Notes: generated from the letters alone by a model not told the origin. A DNA stretch of 64,000 nucleotides from Eledone cirrhosa (GCA_964016885.1 OZ024757.1:4650001-4714000), one strand, 5' to 3'; counted from the first letter of the stretch, positions 44,691 to 58,248 are shown. Made by a program: numbers and translations.

Positions 44691-45060
44691 TTGAATATAT
44701 CAGGGGCCCACGAAGGCACTAAATGTCACAGTTATGTGTATCTCTTGACCAATTTTTCAAAATACATTTCTTGAAAACATCAGGGGCCCACGAAGGCACT
44801 AAGTGTCACAGTCACCAGTATCACTTGACCATTGCAAGGCAATGGAGGCGTCCCAGGTTGGGCAGTCTCGAAAGTTCACTCGAAAGTCATGGGTGTGCAT
44901 TCACACAGTTGAGCGGTGGGGTAATCACAAACCGGTTCACACACCAATTTTTTAAAATATATTTCTTGAAAACATCAGGGGCCCACGAAGGCGCTAAGTG
45001 TCACAGTCACCAGTATCACTCGAGCGGTGGGGTAATCACAAACCGGTTCAACACGGGCAG
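44690..45060. repeat. Local mosaic repeat
   Basis: CAGGGGCCCACGAAGGCACTAAGTGTCACAG occurs three times (with variants); GAGCGGTGGGGTAATCACAAACCGGTTCA occurs twice. Confidence 0.8.
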
Positions 45061-45483
45061 GAGTCAAATGGTATATATATACACATACATACAAATGGTA
45101 TATATATACACATACATACACATACATATATATATATATATATACACATACATATATATGTATATATACACATACATATATATGTATATATACACATACA
45201 TACATATATATATATATACACATACATATATATATATATACACATACATATATATATATATATATACACATACATATATATATATATACACATACATATA
45301 TATATATATATACACATACATATATATATATATACACATACATATATATATATATACACATACATATATATATATATATACACATACATATATATATATA
45401 TATACACATACATATATATATATATATACACATACATATATATATATACACATATATATATATATATACACATACATATATAT

Positions 45484-46093
45484 ATGGTGGCTGCCAACTC
45501 GTTTTCGAGTACGGCCACTACTTTATATCCATGTAGGAGAACCCCTACCAATGCGCTGAACGAGTGTGACTTTTTAGTCCAGCCAGCGACTTGAAAACTC
45601 TGGTACAAACACTACACTTGTGACAATTATTGACACATAGTGCTGGGCCCATGGTACCATGTGACGACAAGTGCAGAGAGATCTCCAGATATAAAGTAAT
45701 GCCTGTGCCGTGAAGCTTTTATAGTGAGCAAAGGCACTGCACAAAGCCAGTCCCACTCTCTTAACCAAGATGATATTTACCAAAAAGAAGAACAAGTCAA
45801 CATCATTGGATACCATCAGAGTTGCAGGTGTTATATCAGAGTTTTCCTTCTCCTAGAATTCTGCCTTGACAAAGGCTAAGGGGTCATCTCTCCCGGTGAT
45901 TTTGGATGGCCATTGACTCTTAAGAGCTCCTTTGCCCTTTGACAGGTTTTGTTTTTAGTCCTGCAGGATGTCCAAAGTCACCCTCCTCACCAAGAAACCT
46001 TGGTGGGGTTGCCAGTTTAGTCGCCAACGACCCGACCATGAGACAGGTTGTACTGGGATACATGTTACCAGTAGCACCAACTAGTGACCTGAC
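45484..46093 (-). mobile_element. Dispersed repeat, possibly an RTE 5'-region fragment (partial copies at 57774-57993 and 60292-60677)
   Basis: Three near-identical copies in the window. The minus strand has GGAGAAGGAAAACTCTGA, reminiscent of RTE 5' UTRs (recall only). Confidence 0.5.
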
Positions 46094-46124
<31 letters not shown>

Positions 46125-46215
46125 CATATATATATATACACATACATATATATATATATATACATATATACACATACATATATATATATATACACATACA
46201 TATATATATATATAT

Positions 46216-46254
<39 letters not shown>

Positions 46255-46319
46255 CATATATATATATATATACACATACATATATATATATATACACATA
46301 CATATATATATATATATAT

Positions 46320-46351
<32 letters not shown>

Positions 46352-46373
46352 ACATACATATATATATATATAT

Positions 46374-46405
<32 letters not shown>

Positions 46406-47179
46406 ACATACATATATATATATATATACACATACATATATATATATATACACATACATACATATATATATACACATACATACACATACATATATATATA
46501 TATACACATACATATATATATATATATATACACATATATATATATATATATATACACATACATATATATATACACATACATATATATATATAAATACACA
46601 TACATATATATATATATATACACATACATATATATGTATATATACACATACATATATATGTATATATACACATACATATATATGTATATATACACATACA
46701 TATATATGTATATATACACATACATATATATATACACATACATATATATGTATATATACACATACATACATATATATATATATACACATACATATATATA
46801 TATATACACATACATATATATATATATACGCATACATATATATATATATATATACACATACATATATATATATATATACATACATATATATATATATATA
46901 TACACACATATATATATATATATATATACACATAAATATATATATACACATAAATATATATATATACACATACATATATATATATATATATACACATACA
47001 TATATATATATATATACACATACATATATATATATATATATACACATACATATATATATATATATACACATACATATATATATATATATACACATACATA
47101 TATATATATATACACATACATATATATATATATACACATACATATATATATATATACACATACATATATATATATATAT

Positions 47180-47222
<43 letters not shown>

Positions 47223-47445
47223 CATATATATATATATACACACATATATATATATATATATATACACACATACATATATATATATATATACACATATATA
47301 TATATATATATATACACACATACATATATATATATATATACACACATACATATATATATATATATACACACATACATATATATATATATATACACACATA
47401 CATATATATATATATATATACACACATACATATATATATATATAT

Positions 47446-47479
<34 letters not shown>

Positions 47480-47499
47480 ACATACATATATATATATAT

Positions 47500-47532
<33 letters not shown>

Positions 47533-47555
47533 CACATACATACATATATATATAT

Positions 47556-48480
47556 ACTAGCATTAAAGCCCGGCGTTGCTCGGGGTCATTAAGTTACCAA
47601 AGTTAGGTTGCACCACCCATTTTATGGCAGCACTTTTTTGTCTGCCAGACACTGGGTGAATGAATTGCAGACCTGGACTGCCGAAGCAGGAGCTGCGCCA
47701 GCAGTGACAATTGTAGTTTCGCCTATGGATATTATCTCTGTGCAAAAAAAGTGTTGAAATTTATTGTTTCACAGTACTTGCGCAACACGCGCGTAGACGA
47801 TGCCAGCCGAACAACAGAGCTGCGATGGAGTTGTTCTGCATGGTTGTCTGTGTGTTTTCTAAATTTAAGACAGTAGGGAGGGTTGTGATATGAGGGAGAG
47901 TTAGCTGTTGTTTCTAGCAGGTTTAGTGACCTCATAGAGGATATGTGTTTTCTAAATTTAAGACAGTAGGGAGCGGTGTGATATGGGGGAGAGTTAGCTG
48001 CTGTTTCTAGCAGGTTTAGTGACCTCATAGAAGATATGTTTTCTAAATTTAAGACAGTAGGGAGGGGTGTGATATGGGGGGAGAGTTAGCTGCTGTTTCT
48101 AGCAGGTTTAGTAACCTTATAGAGGATATGTGTTTTCTAAATTTAAGACAATAGGGAGTGGTGTGGGGGAGGGGTGTGATATGGGGGAGAGTTAGCTGCT
48201 GTTTCTAGCAGGTTTAGTAACCTCATAGAGGATATGTGTTTTCTAAATTTAAGACAGTAGGGAGTGGTGTGAACGGAAGTATCACCATCAAGCTTGGAAA
48301 GAGAAAGTAGCAGAAAGTATGAAGTTGTATAGATTTTGAATGGTAGTAGAAAGAGTTTAGCAGTTTAAATGAGAGAGAAAAATCGTAAAATATTGAGTTT
48401 TATCTATTTTTTGCGTAATTGTGGGTGAAATTGAAAAAATTATCTGCATCAAGACGCAATCGAAACTATTTCGATTACTG
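47556..48480 (+). mobile_element. Helitron/Helentron-like non-autonomous element with internal ~93-bp tandem array (47851-48270, ~4.4 copies)
   Basis: Starts TACTAG...CCCGGCGTTGCTCGGG (subterminal hairpin). A candidate 3' hairpin AATCGAAA-cta-TTTCGATT lies at ~48459-48477. The right end is uncertain. Confidence 0.55.
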
Positions 48481-49033
48481 AATTGTAAATTTCAATTGAA
48501 GAAATTCTATATCGTATTGATCTCAAGGTTTAAACTAAACATATAGTCATTATTAAACAATGTTTAATTTCTCATATTATATATCTATGTCCCATTCATG
48601 AATATTAATATTTATATTTTTATTATTCATTTCATATGAATTGTTAACTCAACTTAACATGACATGACGTAAAGTTTTCATAATCTCCCTCTCTCTCTAT
48701 ATAACATTTCTTTTCTCTCTCTTGAGTTTTTCTATCTGTCTGTTGACTGAATATCTCTCTGTTGCTTTTCTCTGTTTTTCTTATTTCTTCCTTTTTTCTT
48801 CTTTCTTCCTTTCCTCCTGTCTTTACTTATCTCTTTCTTTTTTTCTCCATGCATCTCTCTCTCTCCGATATTTCCCCACGTTTTTTTCTTTCTCTCCGTC
48901 TATTTCTAATTGTCCTTAACACTATGACTTATGAAAGTAATATAAACAAATCACTATCCGGATGACTTCCAAAAACAATGGTTGTATTTTAATAGGGTAC
49001 GTCAACGCTTATTTGTAAAACTGTTATATATTG

Positions 49034-49098
49034 TATTTTGTCTGATGAAGGCATACCATAATTCAATTTGGTATCCCTGAAATATGTATAATGAAATA
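49034..49098 (+). ncRNA. Type I hammerhead ribozyme (diverged relative of the 58-61 kb family)
   Basis: tattttgt-CTGATGA-aGG.aTACCA...TGGTAt.CCt-GAAATATGTATA-atgaaata. Flanks are homologous to 58900-59095. Confidence 0.78.
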
Positions 49099-49140
49099 AA
49101 TATGGTTTATAATGAATATAGTTTCCATTTATTAATATCG

Positions 49141-49174
<34 letters not shown>

Positions 49175-49180
49175 CATATA

Positions 49181-49232
49181 TCATCATCATCATCATTTTA
49201 CGTCCGCTTTTCCCTGCTTGCAAGGGTGGGAC
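49181..49232 (-). mobile_element. 52-bp 3' terminus of RTE family 1
   Basis: Reverse complement of 25727-25778, including the (ATG)n tail. Confidence 0.9.
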
Positions 49233-49280
49233 AAATATATATATATACACATACATATATATATATGTATATATATATAC

Positions 49281-49359
<79 letters not shown>

Positions 49360-49456
49360 TACATACATATATATATACACATACATACATATATACATAC
49401 ATACATCTATATATACACATACATACATATATATATACACATACATACATATATAT

Positions 49457-49734
49457 AATTCTCAGACCGGGTGATGTGTTGTTTGCTTGAGCAAGACACT
49501 TTATTTCACATTGCTCCAGTTTACTCAGCTGTAGAAATGAGATGATAGGGACTGGGGTCCATATCATACCACTGCAAAGTGGTCGTGGAGGTGCCACGGC
49601 AAAAAAGCACCCAGCACTCACTATAAATGAGGTTGGTGTTAGGAAGGGCATCCAGCTGTAGAAATCAAGCCAGAATCAGTTCCCGCCCCACCCTTGCAAG
49701 CAGGGAAAAAGCGGACGTAAAATGAAATGATGAT
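49457..49734 (+). mobile_element. SINE-like fragment with RTE-derived 3' part
   Basis: TTGAGCAAGACACTTTATTTCAC...CTCAGCTG SINE-body-like motif, then sequence matching the RTE family 2 UTR, then an RTE family 1 terminus. Confidence 0.65.
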
Positions 49735-49802
49735 ATATACACATACATACATATATACATACATATATATATATACACATACATACATACATATATATAT
49801 AC

Positions 49803-49833
<31 letters not shown>

Positions 49834-49864
49834 TACACATACATACATACATACATACACATAC

Positions 49865-49931
<67 letters not shown>

Positions 49932-49983
49932 AATACATACATATATATATATACACATACATACATACATATATACATATACT

Positions 49984-50792
49984 AATATTATTGTGCTGTA
50001 TTATTTCGGCTATTTGTCACGCGGTATTCTATTCTATCGGTTAGTTAGCCTGTTAGCCTTGATGGCGACCCCCTCTCTCTATCTCTCTCTATGATGGCTA
50101 CCCTATCTCTATATCTATCTCTAAGCCACTCATTACCTCCCTTTCTCCTTTCGCCCATTCCACCTCACTCATCTTGAAGCTATTGAAGAGATAAGACACT
50201 CTATCCTATCGGGCTAAAATGAATCACTAGATTTGATTTGGATTCGTTCCAGCCACCCATCCATACAAATTTTTGGAAGGTATCTAGATCTTATGACGTT
50301 ATTATTATTATTAATATTATTGTGCTGTATTATTTCGGCTATTTGCCACGCGGTATTCTATTCTATCGGTTAGTTAGCCTGTTAGCTTTGACGGCGAACC
50401 TCAGTGCCACCCATTACCTCCCGTTTTCCTTTCGCCCATTCCACCTCACTCATCTTGAAGCTATTGAAGAGATAAGACACTTTATCCTATCGGGCTAAAA
50501 TGAATCACTAGATTTGATTTGGATTCGTTCCAGCCACCCATCCATACAAATTATTGCTGTTTTTGCTGTATTATTTCGGCTATTTGCCACACGGTATTCT
50601 ATTCTATCGGTTAGTTAAGTTTGTTAGCCTTGACGGCGACCCTCAGTGCCTACTTTGCCACGCGGTATTCTCTTCTATCGGTTAGTTAAGTTTGTTAGCC
50701 TTGACGGCGACCCTCAGTGCCTACTTTGCCACGCGGTATTCTCTTCTATCGGTTAGTTAAGTTTGTTAGCCTTGACGGCGACCCTCAGTGCC
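49984..50792. repeat. Nested tandem duplications upstream of an RTE (two long copies plus three ~70-bp units)
   Basis: GCCACGCGGTATTCT...GTTAGCCTTGACGGCGACCCTCAGTGCC occurs five times with variants. The downstream ~150-bp block is present twice. Confidence 0.85.
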
Positions 50793-51029
50793 TACCTCAC
50801 AATTTCCCTCCCACCACCATAGCCTATTCGACCAATCAAACCTCAGCATGCCATTTCCTCTACTACTACTACTACTACTACTACCTAACTAACTCTCTCC
50901 TCCCCTGTCCCAGCCCAACACACCCTGCCATTATCCCACCACCACTGTTCTTCTAGCCCTCAATTTTCCCACGTTATGGATGGATGAGCTGAGAATAAAT
51001 TTGAGCAACTCTGAATCAATAGATGAAAT

Positions 51030-54000
51030 ATGAATCTGCGAGCTACCAAGCACCCATGTGAAGTGCCAACCCAGAGACCCTTCCCTACGAGTGTCGACAA
51101 ATGCCCAAAATTCCGAGTTGGTACCATCAATGTAGGCTCAATGAAAGGAAGAGCAGGAGAAATCGTAGAAATGCTGGAGCGAAAGGAAATTGATGTATGC
51201 TGTGTGCAAGAGACTAGATGGAGAGGAGAGTCTGCCAGAGTCCTTGTAGGAAAAAGTCGGTGCTACAAATTTTTCTGGGTGGGAAATAACGACGGGATGG
51301 GTGGTGTAGGTATACTACTAGCTGAGAAGTGGGTAGATAAAGTAATCTCAGCGTACAGGGTAAATGCGAGAATCATTAAACTCAGACTAGTCCTGAATAA
51401 AACAATTACCACGATAATATCAGCTTACGCACCCCAATCGGGGCTGCCAGACGAACTTAAGGATAGGTTTTACGAGTCCCTAATGCACACTACTGCTCTA
51501 ACAGACGACAATGACTTCCTAATCATCGCAGGAGATTATAACGGACACGTAGGTAAACACTGCGACGGCTTCAATAGAGTACATGGAGGCCATGGGATTG
51601 GCACAAGAAATGAGGAAGGATTAAGACTTCTAGAATTCTGCGATGCCAATGACATGTCGATATGTAACACAAACTTTAAAAAACCCGACAACCAGCTGAT
51701 CATCTATAGATCAGGGGAGCACTCGAGTCAGATAGATTTTATCCTCATCAGAGGACGTGACAGATGGACGGTCGTAAACACAAAAGCCTTCCCTAGTGAG
51801 GAATGTACATCCCAACATAGCTTAGTTGTCAGCGACCTCACGGTCAGAACTAGACGAACCTGGAAACAGTGGCCAACCTGAAGAAGAAAGATCTGGAAGC
51901 TGAAAGTCCCCTCAACCAGTAACAGATTTAAAGATATTTTACTCAACGCCTACGACAGTAAAGAAGAACAGATAGAGACATTTAATGTAGAAGAGAACTG
52001 GGAGTTCCTAAAAAATAATTTACTAGAGGCGACGGATGAGGTCTGTGGCTGGAGTAAGAACTCAAGCAGGAGGAGAGTGACTTGGTGGTGGAACAATAAG
52101 GTAGATGAAGCAGTTAAGGCCAAGAGACAGGCATGGAAAGAATGGAAGAACGGGGGGAGCAGGGTACATTACATAGAGACCAAGAGGGAAGCTAGGCGAC
52201 AAGTATACTTAGCTAGGAGGGAAGCAGAGGATAGAAAATTCAAGCATGTTTTGCAACGTGAGGACCAGAAACAGGAAGTATTCAAGATTGCGAGGCAGTG
52301 TGTCAGAGATAGTTGTGATGTCATTAGAGAGAAGTATATCCGGAATGATAAAGGTGAGCTTGCCCTCACAAGTGCTGAGAAGAAAGATGCATGGAAGAGT
52401 CATTATGATAGATTACTAAATGAGGAGAATGCATGGGAAGAAGAGACCCTACCCCAAGTAGACCCTATAGAGGGACCAGCAGTACAAGTCAGCAGCAGCG
52501 TAGTAAGTAAGGCAATCAAAGATATGAAGATGGGGAAGGCAACCGGTCCATCGGGTATAGCTGCCGAGATGCTGAAGGCATCTGGGTCTGTAAGTCACAC
52601 TATAACCACAGTATTGTTAACCAGGTAATACTAGAAGGTGCCATACCAAAAGATTGGTGCAGTAGCATCATTGTCAACTGCTACAAAGGTAAAGGCGATG
52701 CACTAGACAGAGGAAACTATAGAGGTATAAAGTTGATGGACCAGGTCATGAAAGTAACAGAAAGAGTTATAGCACAGTTGATTAGGGTGAAAATAGACGA
52801 GATGCAATTTGGGTTTGTACCAGGAAGAGGCACCACTGATGCCCTCTTCCTTGTGAGGCAATTACAGGAAAAGTACCTAGCTAAAAGTAAGCCACTCTAC
52901 TTGGCATTTGTTGACCTTAAGAAAGCCTTTGACAGAGTTTCACGTGCTGTAATCTGGTGGGCTCTTAGAAAACTAGGAGTAGATGAATGGCTTGTGAAAG
53001 CGGTACAAACCATGTATAGGGGAGCAGTCAGCAAAGTTCGGATTAGCAATGAGTATAGCGAGGAATTTAGCGTACAGGTTCTTAGCCCCCTCCTGTTCAT
53101 CATAATCCTGCAGGCAATAACGGAGGAGTTTAAGCCTGGATGCCCATGGGAACTCCTGTATGCTGATGACCTCGCACTTATAGCTGAATCTATGGTAGAA
53201 CTAGAGAAGAAATTCCAAACTTGGAAGCAAGGACTAGAAAGAAAGGGTCTCAAAGTCAACATGACAAAGACTAAGGTCCTTGTAAGTAGACGAGAAAACA
53301 GAACCTAGATCCCCTCAATAGATTGCTCAGTATGTAGGAAAGGTGTAGGTAGGAACTCCATTCTCTGCCCCAAATGCAAACAATGGGTACACAAGAGATG
53401 TAGCGGGATCTCAGGAAGCTTAATTAAGAATGTAGGCTTCACATGCAGCAGCTGTGCTGGGAGAGCAAGCAGCAAACAGCCAGAGGAAACAAGTACGACA
53501 TATCTCTGGGAGGGCTCTGTAGAAACAGTAGACAGCTTCTGCTACCTAGGTGACCGAATTAGCAGCGGAGGTGGGTGTTCAGAAAGTACAATAACTAGGG
53601 TAAGGACGGGATGGAAGAAGTTTAGGGAACTACTACCACTGCTAGCTGCAAAAGGCTTCTCCCTCAGAATGAAAGGCAGACTGTATGATGCGTGTATCCG
53701 AACATCAATGTTGCATGGTAGTGAGACCTGGGCGCTGAAGGTGGAAGACTTACGTAGATTAGAGAGAAACGAAGCCTGCATACTCCGATGGATGTGTAAC
53801 AGTAATATACGTGAACGACAAAGCATAAATGAATTGAGAGAGAGACTGAGCATAAGAGGAATCAAATGCTGTGTGCAGGAGAGGCGGTTGCGCTGGTATG
53901 GACATGTGATGCGTATGAAGGATGACAGCTGCATAAAAAGGTGCAGAGCACTAGAAGTCGATGGAAACCGCGGTGTGGGGAGACCCAAGATGACCTGGGA

Positions 54001-54423
54001 TGAGGTGATAAAAGCCGACCTTACCCAATTACACCTCTCAAAGGCGATGACACACGACCGTGATCACTGGCGTCACGCAGTAATACAGACTACCCGACCT
54101 CCCATGGGTACAAGCTGAAGCATATAGACAATATGCCCCCACACCCCACACCGCAAGGTGGTCGTGGAGGTGCCACGGCAAAAAAGCACCCAGCCCACAC
54201 TGTAAAGTGGATGTGTAGGTGCCACGAAAAAGCACCCAGCACTCACTGTAAATGAGGTTGGTGTTAGGAAGGGCATCCAGCTGTAGAAATCAAGCCAAAT
54301 CAGTTCCTGTATGCGCAAGGCATAGTCAGCCGACCAGACACTGCCCACAACAGGACAACCCATCTAACCCATGCTAGCGTGGAAGAACGGACGTGAAACG
54401 GTGATGATGATGATAATGATGAT
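51030..54423 (+). mobile_element. RTE LINE family 2, near full-length, decayed
   Basis: Complete APE start (GTINVGS, VQETRW) and RT. Stops at 51879 and 53306, a frameshift near 52610, and deletion of GVHQGS near 53080. (TGA)n tail; the 5' UTR boundary is unknown. Confidence 0.95.
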
Positions 54424-54437
54424 ATATACATACATAT

Positions 54438-54470
<33 letters not shown>

Positions 54471-54471
54471 G

Positions 54472-54590
<119 letters not shown>

Positions 54591-54591
54591 C

Positions 54592-54625
<34 letters not shown>

Positions 54626-54642
54626 TTATATACATATATATT

Positions 54643-54696
<54 letters not shown>

Positions 54697-54697
54697 C

Positions 54698-54731
<34 letters not shown>

Positions 54732-54748
54732 TTATATACATATATATT

Positions 54749-54800
<52 letters not shown>

Positions 54801-54803
<3 letters not shown>

Positions 54804-54912
54804 TAATTCTGGCAATATTACACAAATATGACCCTCCCCAAGTATAACAATATATATATATATATACATACATATATATATATATGAAATATATGAAATA
54901 GAATTAATACTA
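54801..54912. mobile_element. Tiny PLE 3'-end remnants
   Basis: 54801-54854 is the reverse complement of 27388-27438. ATGAAATAT repeats at 54884-54900 resemble the family-1 end at 28862-28889. Confidence 0.6.
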
Positions 54913-55172
54913 TATATATATATATATACATACATACACATATATATATATATACATACATACATACATATATATATATACATACATATATATATATATA
55001 CATACATATATATATATACATACATACATATATATACATACATACATATATATACATACATACATACATATATATACATACATACATATATATACATACA
55101 TACATATATATACATACATACATATATATACATACATACATACATATATATATATACATACATACATATATA

Positions 55173-55208
<36 letters not shown>

Positions 55209-55321
55209 CATACATACATATATATATATATACATACATACATATATATATATACATACATACATACATATATATACATACATACATACATATATATACA
55301 TACATACATACATATACATAC

Positions 55322-55392
<71 letters not shown>

Positions 55393-55777
55393 CATACATA
55401 CATACATACATATATATATATATATACATACATACCTACATATATATATATATATACATACATACATATATATATATACATACATACATACATACATATA
55501 TATATATATACATACATATATATATACATACATACATATATATATATATACATATATACGGGGTAACAAATAATAGTTAAATGCAGTCCACCTAGGTAAA
55601 GTCCAGTTATGGTATTCCAGGTAGTGGATGATATTAACGCTTGGCTTGGTTTGACTCAACAAGGCGTTTTCATAGTGATGCTGCGGGTATGCCGTAATTC
55701 CTATGTTGTAAACACTTGGAGTAATAATAAATCAGGAAAGAAGGTTGACATGGTTTGCTATACAAAAAAGGTTTAAT

Positions 55778-55893
55778 CACATAGCTTACATTTGTTTCAC
55801 TGAGCTGGCAGGTCTAGAGATCGCTATTCGCTTATTTTCGCGTTACTCGATCGCCAATACAAAATTATAACCAGTCAAATCTTCGGAGCATGC
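55778..55893 (-). ncRNA. Hammerhead, CCGAAGA core, ~81-nt stem II
   Basis: Reverse complement of 56235-56351. Confidence 0.68.
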
Positions 55894-56234
55894 AAGAATG
55901 CGAAATTTAGCTTTGACAATGTTGTCCCACTCATGTATACTATTGAAGAGGAAGAGAAAGACTGTAAACACTAGCTTATCTTTAAAATTTAAAATTGATA
56001 TACACTTCGATACTCCGTACATGCCAAATGCTTTCTTTTGCCTCATAACAGCTAGTTTTACACGCCGTAACGTTAGATACATTATATACCCCCCACCTAA
56101 GTAATGTCAGGGTCTCCTTAAATAATTTATTGATAGCATTGTTGTAATTGTTGTTATTGTTCTAATTGAATGCCATTACTACTTCATATAGTAACCTGTA
56201 TATTCTTTTCTTGCCTGTGTATTTTCTTCATTCT

Positions 56235-56351
56235 CGCATGCTCCGAAGATCTGACTGGTTATAATTTTGTATTGGCGATCGAGTAACGCGAAAATAAGCG
56301 AATAGCGATCTCTAGACCTGCCAGCTCAGTGAAACAAATGTAAGCTATGTG
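56235..56351 (+). ncRNA. Hammerhead, CCGAAGA core, ~81-nt stem II
   Basis: cgcatgct-CCGAAGA-t-CTGA-CTGG...CCAG-c-TCAG-t-GAAACAAATGTA-agctatgtg. Confidence 0.7.
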
Positions 56352-56410
56352 ATTAAACCTTTTTTGTATAGCAAACCATGTCAACCTTCTTTCCTGATTT
56401 ATATACATAT

Positions 56411-56444
<34 letters not shown>

Positions 56445-56468
56445 ATATATACATATATATACATATAC

Positions 56469-56500
<32 letters not shown>

Positions 56501-56812
56501 ACATACATATATATATATATATACATACATATACATATATATATACATATATATATACATATATATATACATATATATATACAAATATATATACATATAT
56601 ATATACATATATATATACAAATATATATACATATATATATACATATATATATACATATATATATATATACACACATACATATATATATATACATATACAT
56701 ATATATATATATATACACACATACATACATATACATATATACACACACACATACATATACACACATACATACATATACATATATACACATACATATATAT
56801 ATATATACACAC

Positions 56813-56843
<31 letters not shown>

Positions 56844-56874
56844 CATACATACATATATATATATATATACATAC

Positions 56875-56919
<45 letters not shown>

Positions 56920-56952
56920 TACATACACATATATATATACACACACATACAT

Positions 56953-57005
<53 letters not shown>

Positions 57006-57024
57006 CATATATATATATATATAT

Positions 57025-57520
57025 AATGTATAAAAATCAATACAATATAATTACCTCATTACCAGAGGTTTCCCGAATGAGGCGAATACGAAATAAACGA
57101 CTTCGTTCGTCAGACGAGGCAATATAAAACATGGGTAAATACTTAGAAAAACTCATCAAGAAAATCAAAAAAAGATATAGATAAATGAAATAGAAATTGA
57201 AATATATAAAAATCTATCAAGAAATATAGTTAGGTGTGTGTATATGTATGTATATACGCTCACAGATGTGCATATATGTATATACGCACATGTATATGTA
57301 TAGTGAGAAAGTGTGCGTAATTCTAAAATTTAGGGCAAATGTATCTATATGTCTGTATTATACAGACAGAAATGGTTACATCGTAAATATATGAATATGA
57401 AGGCGCGCGCATAAAACGCCTGCACACTCGTACACTTAGATGCGGAAAGAAAGGAGGGTAAGGGAGTGTAATAATTAAAAGAAAAGTATCAGTCTCGATA
57501 TATTTATAAGCTGCATATAA
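57025..57520 (-). mobile_element. Diverged relative of the 33882-39290 HHR element
   Basis: Shares AGTTAGGTGTGTGTATAT...CACAGATRTGCAT and GCGCGC.CATAAA...TTAGAT with 34190-34567, and has an HHR at the equivalent position. Confidence 0.65.
57050..57123 (-). ncRNA. Type I hammerhead ribozyme, canonical core
   Basis: Minus strand: attgcctcgt-CTGACGA-aCGAA...TTCGg-GAAACCtctGGTA-atgaggtaat. 10-bp stem I, 3-bp stem III and a GUA site. Confidence 0.8.
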
Positions 57521-57773
57521 TTTATGCAGCTGTCATCCTTCATACGCATCACGTGTCCATACCAGCGCAACCGCCTCTCCTGCACACAGCATTTGATTCC
57601 TCTTATGCTCAGTCTCTCTCTCAATTCATTTATGCTTTGTCGTTCATGTATATTACTGTTACACATCCATCGGAGCATGCAGGCTTCGTTTCTCTCTAAT
57701 CTACGTAAGTCTTCCACCTTCAGCGCCCAGGTCTCACTACCATGCAACATCGCTGTTCGGATACACGCATCAT
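57521..57773 (-). pseudogene. Internal RT fragment of RTE family 2
   Basis: [15 protein letters not shown]...[17 protein letters not shown]; near-identical to 35942-36193. Confidence 0.92.
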
Positions 57774-58248
57774 CATGGTACCATGTGACGACAAGTACAG
57801 AGAGATCTCCAGATATAAAGCAATGCCTGTGCCGTGAAGCTTTTATAGTGAGCAAAGGCAATGCACAAAGCCAATCCCACTCTCTTAACCAAGATGATAT
57901 TTACTAAAAAGAAGAACAAGTCAACATCATTGGATACCATCAGTGTTGCAGGTGTTATATCAGAGTTTTCCTTCTCCTAGAATTCTGCCTTGAAAGGGAG
58001 AGATATATATACATACATGTATATATACATATATACATACATACATATATATACATATATACATACATACATATATATACATATATATATACATACATGT
58101 ATATATGTATATATATGTAGAAGTTCTATTTAAATTGTTGGGATACAACAAGCAAATATTTTTATAACTGATATAAAGGACTCAACAAATTATTGGAGTA
58201 AAAATACGATACATTAACAAAAGGAAACTATATTTATAAAACCATATT

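Larger units (their letters stand above)
55558..56402. mobile_element. Non-coding element with 174-bp inverted arms (55727-55900 / 56229-56402), each holding an HHR
   Basis: Arms differ at only about two positions and enclose a ~330-bp spacer. The left arm extends ~170 bp further out. TA repeats lie on both sides. Confidence 0.88.

Noticed and set aside
45900-46093. HDV-like ribozyme in a putative RTE 5' region
   Set aside because: Hairpins are present but I could not assemble the nested double pseudoknot by eye.
55843-56104. Coding potential in the spacer of the inverted-arm element
   Set aside because: Short ORFs with no recognisable RT, GIY-YIG or transposase motif.
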